From the NCBI RefSeq assembly GCF_036321535.1, contig NC_087472.1:101744001-101808000 (forward strand): 64,000 bases of DNA, read 5' to 3'. The notes under the pieces were generated by a model that did not search any database, was not told where the DNA came from, and saw nothing but the letters and a program-made list of their open reading frames with translations. The position numbers were made by a program, and so were the translations under genes. The DNA is from Camelus dromedarius. Its lineage: Eukaryota. This document shows, one piece after another, positions 62,363 to 64,000 of the stretch. Numbering within the stretch: position 1 is the stretch's first letter; every line of letters begins with the position of its first letter.

Positions 62363-64000
62363 GTTATTATCATTAATTTTACAAGCCAGCTACAGCTTGG
62401 ACAGTTTCAGGATGTCAATGCTAAATCTTAAAACATACTCTGTTCCATTTTCGGACAACACTCATTCTAAAAACGAAACAACAAGAACTGTTGTCTTTCC
62501 ACTGTAGAACATGTAAGACAAGCATTTGTTCATTCATTCACCTACCACTGACAGAGCACCTACTACATGCAGACACCATACTAGGTGCTGTGGAAACATA
62601 TGTCTCAGAACCATCTGCATTTAATTCCTGCAGCTAAATCATCTTCCACTGCCTAATATGCTGATTCTTAGAAAGCTAAGTCATGCCCTGTGACACAGGA
62701 GTCCTGGCCAGGGGAGGAAGGCGGGCATGCCATGATCACCGCTGGAATCCACCAAAATCTTTAGCCAGGCATGTGTCTGCTCAGCAGGAAAGCTCTCTGT
62801 GTCCAGGATCCTCTCAGTCCTGTAGAAAGTTCTACAGCCTCTAAATTGCCGCTGATGTTCAGAATCCAAAGCACTGCCATCTTTTTCCTGGCTAGAACCC
62901 AGCTCACACCTAGGATCGGAAAAGGGCGGTTAAGTTGTCTCTCTCTCTCTCTCCCTCAGGCTAAAGCAATCCTGGTCTTTAACAGTCGACTTCTTTTCTG
63001 AGACTCGGGGGAATTGCAAAGCAGTCCATCTGGAAACTCCTCCAAGAGCTGATGCTGTTTAGAACCTGGCGGGAGCAGGGATCAAGGGCCAGACCGCTAT
63101 TTTATCATCCCTTCGATGTAGGCCATCTAAGAGTCTATTATCCAACCTGTGCTAACTGGCAAAACTCCAGGGCAGCACATTTCAGAGTCAGAGGGCACCT
63201 CAGAAGCCATTTCACCCACGCTGCACTCGCTGCCCTCTGCCTCGGCTCTGGGGATAAAGAAAGGGTTTAGTCTGCAGATTATTCCATTTGGACTCCACTG
63301 CCAGCCGTGAAATAATGGACCTCGTGTGTAGCATGTTTACAACTCCCTAGAAGGCCTATTTCTCTTCTTAAGTGCAACACAGAACATGGTAGCATAACAA
63401 TAACTGGGGAGTGTGTATTTCTTCTAAACACTCACTTGCTTTCTAGAAATGGAAAAGGTGCAGCCCCTGAAGTGAGAATTAATGCACAGAGGGCTGAGGC
63501 TGGTCCTATGGAGGTAGCCTATGATAGGACCTCACAGACCTATCAGAGCAGAGCTACCTGAAGCTTTACATTGGCTGTAAATCTCTGCTTTTACTTTCTG
63601 CCACGCTTCTTATGAGGACAGCTGTAGCTGCCCATACGTGCAACGTGAGACATCCTCCCCAGTGGAGCTCAAGGCGGAAGGGGGGCATCTCACAGCGCTT
63701 ACTTGGAAACCACGCCAATCTACTGCTGCTGCCTTCCTCTCTCAGGGCAGTGTCGGCTCCTGTATTATTTTTTATCTTTTTATTCTCTGCTTTGGATGCT
63801 TTGACATCTTGGGGTCTTGATGACCCTGGAGAGACTGCCTCTCCGAGGGCTGTCTCATTCCTAGAGATAGTCAACAACTTACCTGGGAGCCTGTCTCCCA
63901 CAGGCAAGCCAGCCAGTCCATCCCAGCCCCTCAAGCGTCTCCTGCCCCAGCCACCCCAGGTCAAGCACGTACAGCTCCCGTACTCCGAGCCCACAGAAAT

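Noticed and set aside
1..64000. CRISPR-like or other repeat-spacer array, or prokaryotic-type operon
   Set aside because: I saw no regularly spaced repeats with unique spacers and no gene-dense ORF structure; the sequence is mammalian and repeat-rich.

Overview
Mammalian non-coding DNA, most likely camelid (Vicugna/Lama/Camelus). The evidence is three Vic-1-type tRNA-derived SINE monomers and artiodactyl-type L1 3' ends; I saw no Alu, Bov-A/BovB, PRE-1 or CAN-SINE. The window is a mosaic of ancient eutherian repeats (MIR, L2, L1M, MER5/MER20/MER33/MER81/MER91/Charlie/Tigger, MLT1 and LTR16/LTR33 solo LTRs), several nested with readable target-site duplications, alternating with repeat-poor blocks that look regulatory. 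I could not support any protein-coding gene, RNA gene or CRISPR-type array; the ORF track reads as chance ORFs or decayed repeat sequence. L1 and MaLR copies lie almost all on +, which suggests an intron of a minus-strand transcription unit, and there are a few candidate exon ends on -. I found no convincing new biological system. The best leads are GC/CpG-gained tracts in old repeats (possible gBGC), a TGGCA/TGCCA inverted cluster, a 32-bp palindrome, candidate exons/smORF and candidate enhancers. Subfamily names come from recalled consensus sequences, not a database search, and boundaries are approximate unless a TSD is given.
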